The notes under the pieces were generated by a model that searched no databases, was not told where the DNA came from, and saw nothing but the letters and a program-made list of their open reading frames with translations. From NCBI GenBank assembly GCA_021802585.1, contig JAJZRQ010000005.1, forward strand, positions 761 through 64,760: a stretch of DNA of 64,000 nt, given 5' to 3'. The stretch is from Chloroflexota bacterium (GTDB lineage: Bacteria; Chloroflexota; Limnocylindria; Limnocylindrales; CSP1-4). This document shows positions 29,707-37,685 of the stretch, one piece after another. The position numbers and the translations under genes are program-made. The first letter of the stretch is position 1, and the number at the start of each line of letters is the position of its first letter.

Positions 29707-30672
29707 TCAGGACTCCTTTCGGGACAGGGCTTGGCGCTCGCGGTCGAGCCGGGCGTCGACCCGCTTCGCCTCGGCCTCCTCGTGGCGCACCAGCGCGAGG
29801 AGGAGCGCAGCACCCGGGATGAGGAGGGCGAGATCGCCGGTCAGCCACATGAGCGAGCCGGCGATCCGCTGGTCGGACAGGGCGTCGATGCCGAACGCGT
29901 CGGTCCGTCCGAGGTAGGCGGCGTAGAGGGGAGCGGCCGCGCCGATGATCGTGACGGCGAGGAAGCTCATCGGCGGCATCTGGGCCAGCAGCGCGATGAG
30001 CTTCGCGCCTGGGTGGAAGCGCCAGCGGAGCGGGTCAGGACTGAGGAGCGGCCACCAGAACAGGCAGGCCGCGCCGAGGTAGAGCAGGTGCTCTACCGCG
30101 TGGACCCCGTCGTCGAGGAGCGCTGCGTTGTACAGCGTCGTGAAGTGCGAGCCCCACATGACGCCGGCGAAGGCGACCCAGCCGACGACCGGGAACGTCA
30201 GCGAACTCACGACGCGGCTGTGGAGGAACGGCAGCAGGTACCGGTTCCGGACATCGGCCGACGCCGCCCGGAGGGCGAGCGTCCCGATGCCGCTCAGCGC
30301 GAACAGGGGCGCGGCGACCGACACGAGCAGGAGGTGCTGGACCATGTGGACACTGAGGAGGTCGTCGGACAGGGTGTCGACTGGCGAGAGCAAGGCCAGC
30401 CCGACGGCCGCCACGGCGGTGAGATAGGCAACCGTCCGTCGCGTGGGCCAGGGGTTCGCCCGATGGGCGAAGCTGACCGAGCGGGCAGCGGACACGTACG
30501 CGGTGACCGCCACGGCGAGCGCCAGAATCAGCGGAAGGTCGAGGTGCCAGGCCAGCGCGATGCCGAGCGGATCGGTCGGTGGCGGTCCCTGGGCAGCCCC
30601 GTGGGCGAGTGCGGTCGCTGGCGCCACGAGAGGGACGACGAGCGCGGCAAGGACCGCACGTGCGCGTCTCAC
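29707..30672 (-). CDS. Cytochrome c oxidase assembly factor CtaG-like / CopD-like membrane protein
   Basis: Signal peptide ending ALAHG and 7-8 TM segments. SVHMVQHLLL and AVEHLLYLG His motifs resemble the Caa3-CtaG family. Confidence 0.6.
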   Translation of the reverse strand: MRRARAVLAALVVPLVAPATALAHGAAQGPPPTDPLGIALAWHLDLPLILALAVAVTAYVSAARSVSFAHRANPWPTRRTVAYLTAVAAVGLALLSPVDTLSDDLLSVHMVQHLLLVSVAAPLFALSGIGTLALRAASADVRNRYLLPFLHSRVVSSLTFPVVGWVAFAGVMWGSHFTTLYNAALLDDGVHAVEHLLYLGAACLFWWPLLSPDPLRWRFHPGAKLIALLAQMPPMSFLAVTIIGAAAPLYAAYLGRTDAFGIDALSDQRIAGSLMWLTGDLALLIPGAALLLALVRHEEAEAKRVDARLDRERQALSRKES

Positions 30673-31250
30673 GTCGCCCGCCGCCGGAGCAGCCAGACGC
30701 CGATCGCCCCGATGACAAGGCTCGCGGCCAGGATCGGAAGGAGGACAACCCCGTCGCCGGCTGCCACGGTGTCACCCGGGACCGGCGTCGCGCTCGCGAG
30801 TGGCGACGGCGTGGTTGGGGCCGGGGTTGGTGAGGGCGATGCTGGTGTGGATGGCGCCGGTGACGGCGATGGCGACGGGCTCGGGGCCGCGACGACCGTG
30901 AACGTGTACGAATCGCGGGCGAGCTCGCCGTCCTCGGCCGAGAACGACGTCCAACGGACTTCGTACCCGCCGGGTGGTAGCTCGGGCAGGGCGAGGCGGA
31001 ACTCCCGAGGCCCATCGCCGAGCTCGCCGCCGCGCGCAACGGTCGTGCCGGATGCGTCGCGGACCTCGAGTGACGTCCGCGACGGGTCGAGGTCCTGGTT
31101 GAAGGTCGCGACGAGCTCGGTTGGTGAGCCCTCGACCTCCTCGCCTGGGCCCGGCAGGGCGGAGACGAGTTCAGCGTGGGCGAAGACGGGAGCGGCGACG
31201 AGCGACAGGAATGCCGCGGCAACGACCGCGCAAAGAAAGGGGCGCGCCAA
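30669..31250 (-). CDS. CopC-domain copper-binding protein with C-terminal TM anchor
   Basis: The mature N-terminus HAELVSALPG... and GGYEVRWTSFSAEDGELARDSYTFTV are typical CopC/YobA. TTG start after GGAGGTG. Confidence 0.8.
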   Translation of the reverse strand: MARPFLCAVVAAAFLSLVAAPVFAHAELVSALPGPGEEVEGSPTELVATFNQDLDPSRTSLEVRDASGTTVARGGELGDGPREFRLALPELPPGGYEVRWTSFSAEDGELARDSYTFTVVAAPSPSPSPSPAPSTPASPSPTPAPTTPSPLASATPVPGDTVAAGDGVVLLPILAASLVIGAIGVWLLRRRAT

Positions 31251-31305
31251 TGAGGCACCTCCGGAAGGTGATCACACCCTCCGGCAGCGAGGCTGGTGGG
31301 TGGGA

Positions 31306-32040
31306 TCAGGCTGGCTGAATCAGCCCGAGCGGTGGCGCCCGGACGCCGTTGCGGCGTCCCTCACGGCGACTGGCGGGCCGGTCGACGGCCAGCGCCGGGC
31401 GCAGGACCGCGACGACCGCCCGGAACCGGCGCCGCGCGGCCGCGCGGATGCGGGCGAGCAGAACCTCGCGACGCCAACCGACGAGTGCACCTACAGCCGC
31501 GACGGCAAGGCTGACCGCGAACAGGACCGGCAACGCGATCATGTGCTCACCGCCGAGGACGCCGAGGCCAGGCAACGGGGCCCCGATGCTCGCTGTCTCG
31601 ATGTTCTCCTGGATCAGATAGGCGGCAATCGTGCCGGCGGATACCCGGAGCCAGAGCGGGCCGAGGAGCTCGAGGAATCGGTCGAGGCCGCCGCCTTGGA
31701 GGCGCACCGTCCCCGCCTGGACGTCGGCCGCGAGTCGCCGAAGTCGCCGCCACTGCGCCGCCGCGACGACGCCCAGGCAGCCGGTCACGACCAGAACGAT
31801 GAGGACGAAGCTCGTCCAGTAGCGGTCGTGCCCGCTCTCCTGCATGGCCCTCGCATAGCCCTCGCCGAAGCCGTGGGCGAGCAGGTAGATCAGCTCGTGG
31901 CCGAGAGCCAAGGCCGCGAGGACCAGGGCGCCGGTGATCGTGAAGGCCCGGAGGCCATGACCGCTCACCGCATCAATGTACCGCGACGGCCGGATGAAGC
32001 CTCGCCGAGGGGCAGCGGAGCCTGACGACGGCGTTGGCAT
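31306..32040 (-). CDS. Hypothetical membrane protein
   Basis: Four hydrophobic segments; HELIYLLAHGFGEGY. No family recognised. Confidence 0.4.
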   Translation of the reverse strand: MPTPSSGSAAPRRGFIRPSRYIDAVSGHGLRAFTITGALVLAALALGHELIYLLAHGFGEGYARAMQESGHDRYWTSFVLIVLVVTGCLGVVAAAQWRRLRRLAADVQAGTVRLQGGGLDRFLELLGPLWLRVSAGTIAAYLIQENIETASIGAPLPGLGVLGGEHMIALPVLFAVSLAVAAVGALVGWRREVLLARIRAAARRRFRAVVAVLRPALAVDRPASRREGRRNGVRAPPLGLIQPA

Positions 32041-32091
32041 GTCGCGAACATCCAGCGGGGCGTCCTGTCAGCGCAGTAGATCGCCGCCCAT

Positions 32092-32409
32092 TCAGCGGAG
32101 TGCCGCCTCGATCCACTCGCGTAGCGGGATCCGCGCGAGTCCCCGGTCGGTCGGGTAGACGCGGCAGCGGGGCGTGTAGTCTCCCGGATCCTCGAATCCG
32201 GGCTGGACGTCGCGGCCGTCGATCCGAATCGACGGCGAGCCAGCGAAGCGGAGCCTCTCGGCGACGGCTGGGTCGGTCGCCTCGATGTCGCGGATTTCGG
32301 AGCCCGGTGACAACTCCGCGACGACCTCCGCGAGAAGTTTCCTGGCCGCCGGATGGTTGGGGCAGTCCGCGAACCACAGCAACTCGATGTCGTGTCGTCC
32401 TGTCACCAC
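32092..32409 (-). CDS. Small thioredoxin/glutaredoxin-fold protein (MerB-associated type)
   Basis: IELLWFADCPNH...LRFAGSPSIRIDGRDV resembles the small thioredoxin-fold proteins often found next to alkylmercury lyase genes. Confidence 0.5.
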   Translation of the reverse strand: MVTGRHDIELLWFADCPNHPAARKLLAEVVAELSPGSEIRDIEATDPAVAERLRFAGSPSIRIDGRDVQPGFEDPGDYTPRCRVYPTDRGLARIPLREWIEAALR

Positions 32410-32510
32410 TCGCCTCCAGCGCGGTTCAGTCGGCGGTATCGTACGCTCGTATACGGCATCGCGTATGAGAACCTGTCAGCTGCGATGCGATCGATTCGGA
32501 GGAGCCACCG

Positions 32511-33146
32511 GTGGCAGAAGCACTCGACACGGGCAGGCCGAACCTGGTAGCCGCGGATCTGCACGCGCGCGTCCGCGAGACCGCCTTCGCTCTGCTGATG
32601 AGGTCCGGGCGGCCGGTCCCGGCCGAGGAGATCGGCACCATAGCCGGCGTCCCGCTGAGCGGAATCACGCCGATGTTGGACGAGCTCGCCGGTGCCGGCT
32701 GGATCGACCGCGATCGTGAGGGTCGCGTCACGGGCTCGGGCGGCCTGAGCCTGACCGAAGGCCCGCACCGGCTCGCGATCGGCGGCCAGGCATTTCGCAA
32801 CTGGTGTGCCTACGACTCGTTGGGGATCGCGGCCGCGCTCGACGCGGACGCCGTTATCGAGACAACCTGCCCGGTCTGCGGCGGGCCGGTGCGGGTCGCA
32901 ACGGTCGGAGGAGAGCCACCCACCGAGCGACCCGAGCGACTCTGGCTCGCCGACGGCGGCACGGATCTCCGAGCGGACTTCTGCGCCCCGACGGTCATCC
33001 TCTGCTCACCCGAGCACGCCGACGTCTGGGCCGGGCGACAGGGTGGCCGCGGCCGCGTCATCGACCTCGCCGAGGGGGCGTCACTCGGACGGGAGGCCTG
33101 GGCAGGCTGCGCTCGGGCGGTCGCCCGCGTGGCCGGAGCGGCGTGA
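32511..33146 (+). CDS. merB: Organomercurial (alkylmercury) lyase-family protein
   Basis: N-terminal wHTH-like part, then FRNWCAYDSLGIAAAL (Cys/Asp catalytic pair pattern) and a later Cys-containing segment CPVCGGPV...FCAPTVILCSPEH. GTG after GGAGGAG. Confidence 0.7.
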   Translation: MAEALDTGRPNLVAADLHARVRETAFALLMRSGRPVPAEEIGTIAGVPLSGITPMLDELAGAGWIDRDREGRVTGSGGLSLTEGPHRLAIGGQAFRNWCAYDSLGIAAALDADAVIETTCPVCGGPVRVATVGGEPPTERPERLWLADGGTDLRADFCAPTVILCSPEHADVWAGRQGGRGRVIDLAEGASLGREAWAGCARAVARVAGAA

Positions 33147-33523
33147 TGACGAGCAACCTGCCCGTCGCGGCGGGCCGGCCGACCCTCGAGCGGTCCGCGG
33201 CGTTGGCCGCGTTCTTCCAGGGCATGTCGGATCCAACCCGGATGCGGATCCTCGAGCTTCTCGCGGAGCGGCCGCGAACCGTGACCGAGCTCGTCGACGA
33301 CCTCGGCCTCGTCCAGGGTCGGATCTCGTCGCACCTCACCTGCCTCCGCTGGTGCGGCTTCGTCCGGGCGGACGTCGAGGGTCGCTTCAACCGCTACCGC
33401 TTGGTCGACGATCGGATCCGCGACATCCTCCGCCTCGGCGAGGCGATCATCCGCGACAACGCCGATCGGCTCACCTCGTGTCTCGTCCTTGCCGCGGAGC
33501 ACGCTGGCGGAGAGGGTGACTAG
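33146..33523 (+). CDS. ArsR-family metalloregulator
   Basis: FFQGMSDPTRMRILELLAERPRTVTELVDDLGLVQGRISSHLTCLRWCGFV. The ATG overlaps the merB stop (TGATG). Confidence 0.85.
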   Translation: MTSNLPVAAGRPTLERSAALAAFFQGMSDPTRMRILELLAERPRTVTELVDDLGLVQGRISSHLTCLRWCGFVRADVEGRFNRYRLVDDRIRDILRLGEAIIRDNADRLTSCLVLAAEHAGGEGD

Positions 33524-33632
33524 AGGCCAGCGGTTGGATGCTGCCGCTGAGGCGAGCCTGGCGGGCCGCCGCGAGCGGGTGGCCTACCACCCTCCCCGGT
33601 GTGTCGGGCGGCTAGTCCGCTCGTTCGCTGGC

Positions 33633-33664
33633 TTGACATTGAACCCGACTTCAACGTGTAGGGT
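33633..33664 (+). promoter_or_regulatory. MerR-type promoter with long spacer and dyad
   Basis: TTGACA (33633-33638), 20-nt spacer containing ACATTGAA/TTCAACGT, then TAGGGT (33659-33664). ATG is 6 nt after the -10. Confidence 0.45.
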
Positions 33665-33670
33665 CCGGCC

Positions 33671-34426
33671 ATGAGCCTCTCGATCACGGAGATCTCCCGC
33701 CGGGCGGGCGTCTCGACCTCGACTCTTCGCTACTACGACCGCCTCGGTCTGCTCCCAAGCGCCGGCCGCGGCCAGAACGGCTATCGGCACTACGACGATC
33801 GGGCGCTCGATCGCCTCCGGTTCATCGCGCGGGCCAAGGAGCTCGGCTGCTCACTCGACGAGATCGCCACGCTCCTCACGGCGTTCGACGAAGACTGCGG
33901 CGAGGTTCAGACGCCGCTCCGTGAGCTGGTCGAAGGCAAGATCGCGACCGCCCAGCGTCGGGTGGCGGCGCTGGTCGGGCTGACCGCCCAACTCCAGGAG
34001 GCGCGCCACGCCCTCAGCGCGGAGACCTCGGCCGGGCCGTATGGTCCTGGCTGTGCGTGCGTCGACGCCGCCCCGCGGACTCAGCCCCCGCTGACCGGCC
34101 GGCCGCTGACCGTTGTCCAGCTTGCCGAGTCGGATCCGGCGATCGCCTGCACGCTCAGCCACGACGAGATGGGCGACCGGATCGCCGAGTGGCAGGCCGC
34201 TCTCACCCACGTCCGCGACCGGACGCCCGTCGACGGCGGGATTCGCCTGGCGCTCGGGCCGGATGCCGACCTTGCCGAAGTGACCCGGCTCGCCCGGGCC
34301 GAGTGGGCGTGCTGCTCGTTCTTCGCCTTCACGCTCACCGTCGACGGCCGTGGGTCCGCGCTCGAGGTGCGCGCGCCCGAGGCCGCCAAGGACCTGGTGG
34401 CGTCGGTCTTTGGAGTCGCCGCGTGA
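33671..34426 (+). CDS. MerR-family transcriptional regulator with extra C-terminal domain
   Basis: ITEISRRAGVSTSTLRYYDRLGLL...GYRHYDDRALDRLRFIARAKELGCSLDEI. Confidence 0.85.
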   Translation: MSLSITEISRRAGVSTSTLRYYDRLGLLPSAGRGQNGYRHYDDRALDRLRFIARAKELGCSLDEIATLLTAFDEDCGEVQTPLRELVEGKIATAQRRVAALVGLTAQLQEARHALSAETSAGPYGPGCACVDAAPRTQPPLTGRPLTVVQLAESDPAIACTLSHDEMGDRIAEWQAALTHVRDRTPVDGGIRLALGPDADLAEVTRLARAEWACCSFFAFTLTVDGRGSALEVRAPEAAKDLVASVFGVAA

Positions 34427-34462
34427 GGCTCAAGGCCGAGGTGGCCGTCATCGCTTCCGCGT

Positions 34463-34673
34463 GTGCCGCCTGCTGTGTTCCGCATCCCGACGCTCCAGCC
34501 ATCGAAGTTCGGCCGCACCTATGCGGCGTACGGCGGCTTCTTCATCGTGTTCAGCCTGCTGTGGGGTTGGTGGATCGACAAGCAGCAGCCTGACCGCTGG
34601 GACCTGATCGGCGCCGCCGTTTGCCCTGGTCGGAGTACTCCTGATCTTCTACGCGCCGCGATCTGCCTCGTAG
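34463..34673 (+). pseudogene. YnfA/UPF0060-family remnant (5-prime truncated, frameshifted)
   Basis: [39 protein letters not shown], then after one extra C (about 34625) [15 protein letters not shown]-stop (TAG 34671-34673). The roughly 40 N-terminal residues expected for this family are absent. Confidence 0.5.
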
Positions 34674-35523
34674 TCCAAGGTCGCCGCGGGCCGGCGAATC
34701 CTCGGACTCCTTCCGTTCCGGGGTTCTTCGTGACTGGGTTCGAGCTCGACGCCGTCTCCTTTGTCAAGGGGACACCATGACGAAGGCAGCGGCGAGGGGT
34801 GGCTTGGGTCGTGCACGGGCCAAGTCGACTACACAACATCATACACCGAAAAGTACTTCACAAACGCCGGAGCGGGCGCTAGGGTCTTCGTAGGCGGCCT
34901 GGGCCAGAGACGAGCGTCGTACCTCGCACGGACCCGGCCGCCGCCATCGCCCAGGTCGGGCATGGAGGAGCCCTCCGGCACGGGCTCCCGCGGCGACAGC
35001 CGCGATCTGGCCATAGCCGGCGCCGGGATCCATAGCGGTCCGTGGCGACAGCCGCACCTTTCCAACCACACATAGACGCTGCTAATCGCGCTTCTCTCGA
35101 TGCGCGATCGATGGCGAGGCGCGCCGACCGCTCAACCGAGCGGGCGGAGCTCCGGCCGGGCCTGAGACGACCGTTTCCGAGGACACCTCCTCGAACGATC
35201 CGAACGCCGGTCGGCGCTCCGCTCCTCGTGGGCGGTGGCGTGACCGGCTCGGACTCGTTCGGGCTCCTCGTCGACGGCCAGTCCTCGTCCCACCGGGCTT
35301 CGCTCGTTCGGGTGGCGGACCTACGTCCGCGCCGGAACGGAGGTGATGTCCAGGAAGGACGACTCTGAGCCGGCGGCGAGCGCGCCCGCCGGTGCTCAAC
35401 CGCAGTTGCGCGTCGGACCCGGGCCGATCCTCACCGATCGATTCAGAGGCAGCGTGCCGCGACTGCCTTGCCTGCCCGGTTCCGCCTTTGTGAGCGGCAC
35501 CCCGAACACGGAGGCACCAAGCC

Positions 35524-35766
35524 ATGCAGGCAATGGAAGCAACGACACCAGCGACGAAGGTCATCTACGGCGTGAACGAGCTCGATCTCGATCTCGCTGG
35601 GAAGTCCATCCGCGGGATCTGGAAGGTCCTCGAGCAGGTCCTGAACATCCCGCGCGACGCCGCGGTGTCGGTCAACGGCGACCGGGTCCAGGACGACTAC
35701 GTCGTCCGCCCGGGCGACGAGATCGAGTTCCAGAAGCAGGCGGGCGTGAAGGGCCTGGAGGCCTAG
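35524..35766 (+). CDS. ThiS/MoaD-like ubiquitin-like (beta-grasp) protein, Ubl-1
   Basis: 80 aa. ...AAVSVNGDRVQDDYVVRPGDEIEFQKQAGVKGLEA resembles sulfur-carrier/Ubl C-termini. ACGGAGG SD. First gene of the cassette. Confidence 0.6.
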   Translation: MQAMEATTPATKVIYGVNELDLDLAGKSIRGIWKVLEQVLNIPRDAAVSVNGDRVQDDYVVRPGDEIEFQKQAGVKGLEA

Positions 35767-35846
35767 ACGCCAGCCAGCGCGGATGCCCGGAGCCGGTGGA
35801 CCCTCCCACCCGGTTCCGGGCTCCCGCAGAGAGGAGCCCGAACGCC

Positions 35847-36617
35847 ATGCAATCGCGCACGTTCCTGCGCATCGAGGGCGACCTCGTGAGCCTGATCACG
35901 GAGGTCATCGACCGGGAGGTGACTCTTCCGGACCTCATGACCGAACTCACGACAGCTCAGGTCGCCATGACCCCTCGGCTGCCGACCGGCTGCCGCTTCT
36001 GGCTTCGCTCGGGGACGACCGACCGATCGGTCTTCGTCGTCGAGCAGCCCCCGTCGCGGCGGACGATCGAATACCACGCCAGCCGACGTCACGACAGCGA
36101 GCCGACCACCTATCGGCTCGCTGTGCCGTACGTGGTCTTCGTCGTCTGGACGATCGGCGAACAGGTCGAGGGACTAGCCACGTACTTCCGGGCGCAGCCG
36201 ATCGCGTCGCTCGACGCGACGCTGCTCTGCTCGACCCTGCCGAACACGAACGACGACGGCGTCGTCTGTCTCGGGTCGGTCCGGGTCAGCGGGGCGAGCG
36301 TCGGCGAACGGGTCGACGCACTGATCGGCGCGTTCTGGGCGAGCCGCTTCAACCAGGATCTCCGCCGGCACCCGCTGCCCTTCAACGGCGGCTTCCGGGC
36401 CTGGGCATCCCGCTCCCGGCGCGATCCGCTCGCGGCCCTGTCCCTGCAATACGACCCGTACTGGCGGACCCTCCGCCAGGTCGTGGCGCAGCTGGCCGGA
36501 CTCGCGATCACGGATCTGCCGGCCGGGGCACCCTTGCCGGAGGAACCGGCGGAGGCCGAGGTCCTGACCCCGGAACCTATGGCGGACGGAGGTGAGCCCG
36601 ATGCCCTCGCTTCGTGA
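35847..36617 (+). CDS. E2-like protein (putative Ubl-conjugating enzyme, candidate PRTRC protein-B-like)
   Basis: LPNTNDDGVVCLGSV mimics the UBC HPN-x5-G-x-(I/V)-C-L active-site motif. AGAGGAG SD before ATG 35847. Only the last 256 aa of ORF 35343..36617 look coding. Confidence 0.5.
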   Translation: MQSRTFLRIEGDLVSLITEVIDREVTLPDLMTELTTAQVAMTPRLPTGCRFWLRSGTTDRSVFVVEQPPSRRTIEYHASRRHDSEPTTYRLAVPYVVFVVWTIGEQVEGLATYFRAQPIASLDATLLCSTLPNTNDDGVVCLGSVRVSGASVGERVDALIGAFWASRFNQDLRRHPLPFNGGFRAWASRSRRDPLAALSLQYDPYWRTLRQVVAQLAGLAITDLPAGAPLPEEPAEAEVLTPEPMADGGEPDALAS

Positions 36618-36858
36618 CCACCTCATCCGGACGCCGGAGGTCCGCTCTCGGAATCTCAGCGCCTGGATGGCTCCCGCTCTCGGCGAACGAGCGACACCGC
36701 TGCCCGATCGATTCTTCGAGGAGGCCGCACTGACGGTGCTCGCCCACGTCTTCCGGGATGCGGGTCCCATCCGGGAGCAGCTCGTCTACGAGCGACGCCG
36801 CTTCGAGCGGTTGGTCCAACTCATCCACCGCCTGCCCGAACGGGCCGGAGGTGCGTGA
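36601..36858 (+). CDS. Small hypothetical protein of cassette 1
   Basis: ATG 36601 is 8 nt after GGAGGTG. It overlaps the previous gene by 17 nt and the next one by TGATG. No motif recognised. Confidence 0.4.
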   Translation: MPSLRDHLIRTPEVRSRNLSAWMAPALGERATPLPDRFFEEAALTVLAHVFRDAGPIREQLVYERRRFERLVQLIHRLPERAGGA

Positions 36859-37685
36859 TGTTTCCGATCCTCGAAGCCGGTCCATCGCTCGAGGGGGCGA
36901 CCCTGCCGGCCTTCGTCGTCGCTCGCGACGGGCTCTACCTGCGGAAGCGAAGCCTCCTCGGGCTGAGCCAGACGAAGGTCGGCCGGATCGCCCACCTGCC
37001 GGAGGGCAGGGAGTTCGTCGACTACGCGCTGCCCAAGGTCCCAGCCGACCTGATGGCGCGCGCGGTCGGCTTCTTCCGCGCCGTCTACCGGCTGCATAAG
37101 ACCGAGGCGGCCGTTCTCCTGGTCTGGCGTGACGCAGGCTTCGACCTCGTCGTGCCGGCCCAGAAGGTGTCCAGTGTCTCGGTCAAGTTCGACCTGGCGG
37201 ACGGCGACGTGCCGTCCGGCGGTCGACTCGTGGGGACGATCCACTCGCATGGGGGCTTCGGCGCCTATGCGAGCTCGATCGACGAGGACGACGAGGCGGA
37301 GCTCGATGGGCTCCACGTCGTCGTCGGCGACTTCGATCAACGACGGCTCGGCTACTCGGCCGCGATCGTCGTCGACGGCATCCGCTTCTCTCTGAAGACC
37401 GGTCAGCTCATCGAGCGGCCTCGGCGCCTCGCCGAGCCACCCGACGACTGGCTCCGGAAGGTGAAGCTGGCGCCGCCGCCCCGCCTCAAGGGCAAGCCGT
37501 CGATCAAGGAGTACCTCGCCCGGGGCTTCAAGCCCTCGGACGAGATCTCGAAGCCAAGTCGACGGGAGCTCGACGACGCGATCGAGAAGGCGAGCAAGCT
37601 CGCCACCGCCCTCGGCTACCGCCTCAGCTACTGGCTCGTGCCGGTCTCCGGCTCGAGCGAGAAGGGAGGCACGGCCGATGGCTGA
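36858..37685 (+). CDS. JAB/MPN (JAMM) metalloprotease, cassette 1
   Basis: Exact JAMM motif HSHGGFGAYASSID (H-x-H-x7-S-x2-D) with upstream Glu (HKTEAAVLL). About 110-aa C-terminal extension. Confidence 0.8.
   Translation: MFPILEAGPSLEGATLPAFVVARDGLYLRKRSLLGLSQTKVGRIAHLPEGREFVDYALPKVPADLMARAVGFFRAVYRLHKTEAAVLLVWRDAGFDLVVPAQKVSSVSVKFDLADGDVPSGGRLVGTIHSHGGFGAYASSIDEDDEAELDGLHVVVGDFDQRRLGYSAAIVVDGIRFSLKTGQLIERPRRLAEPPDDWLRKVKLAPPPRLKGKPSIKEYLARGFKPSDEISKPSRRELDDAIEKASKLATALGYRLSYWLVPVSGSSEKGGTADG

Noticed and set aside
34690-34760. tRNA-like fragments (CGAATCCT, GGGTTCGAGC) as the left att repeat
   Set aside because: Matches to tRNA-Gln are at most 8 nt, and one is in the inverted orientation. 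No stem pairing supports a T-arm remnant.
35343-35846. Upstream half of ORF 35343..36617, and ORF 35783..36595
   Set aside because: Low-complexity Arg/Pro/Gly sequence overlapping the well-formed Ubl-1 gene. The conserved-looking protein begins at ATG 35847, which has its own SD.
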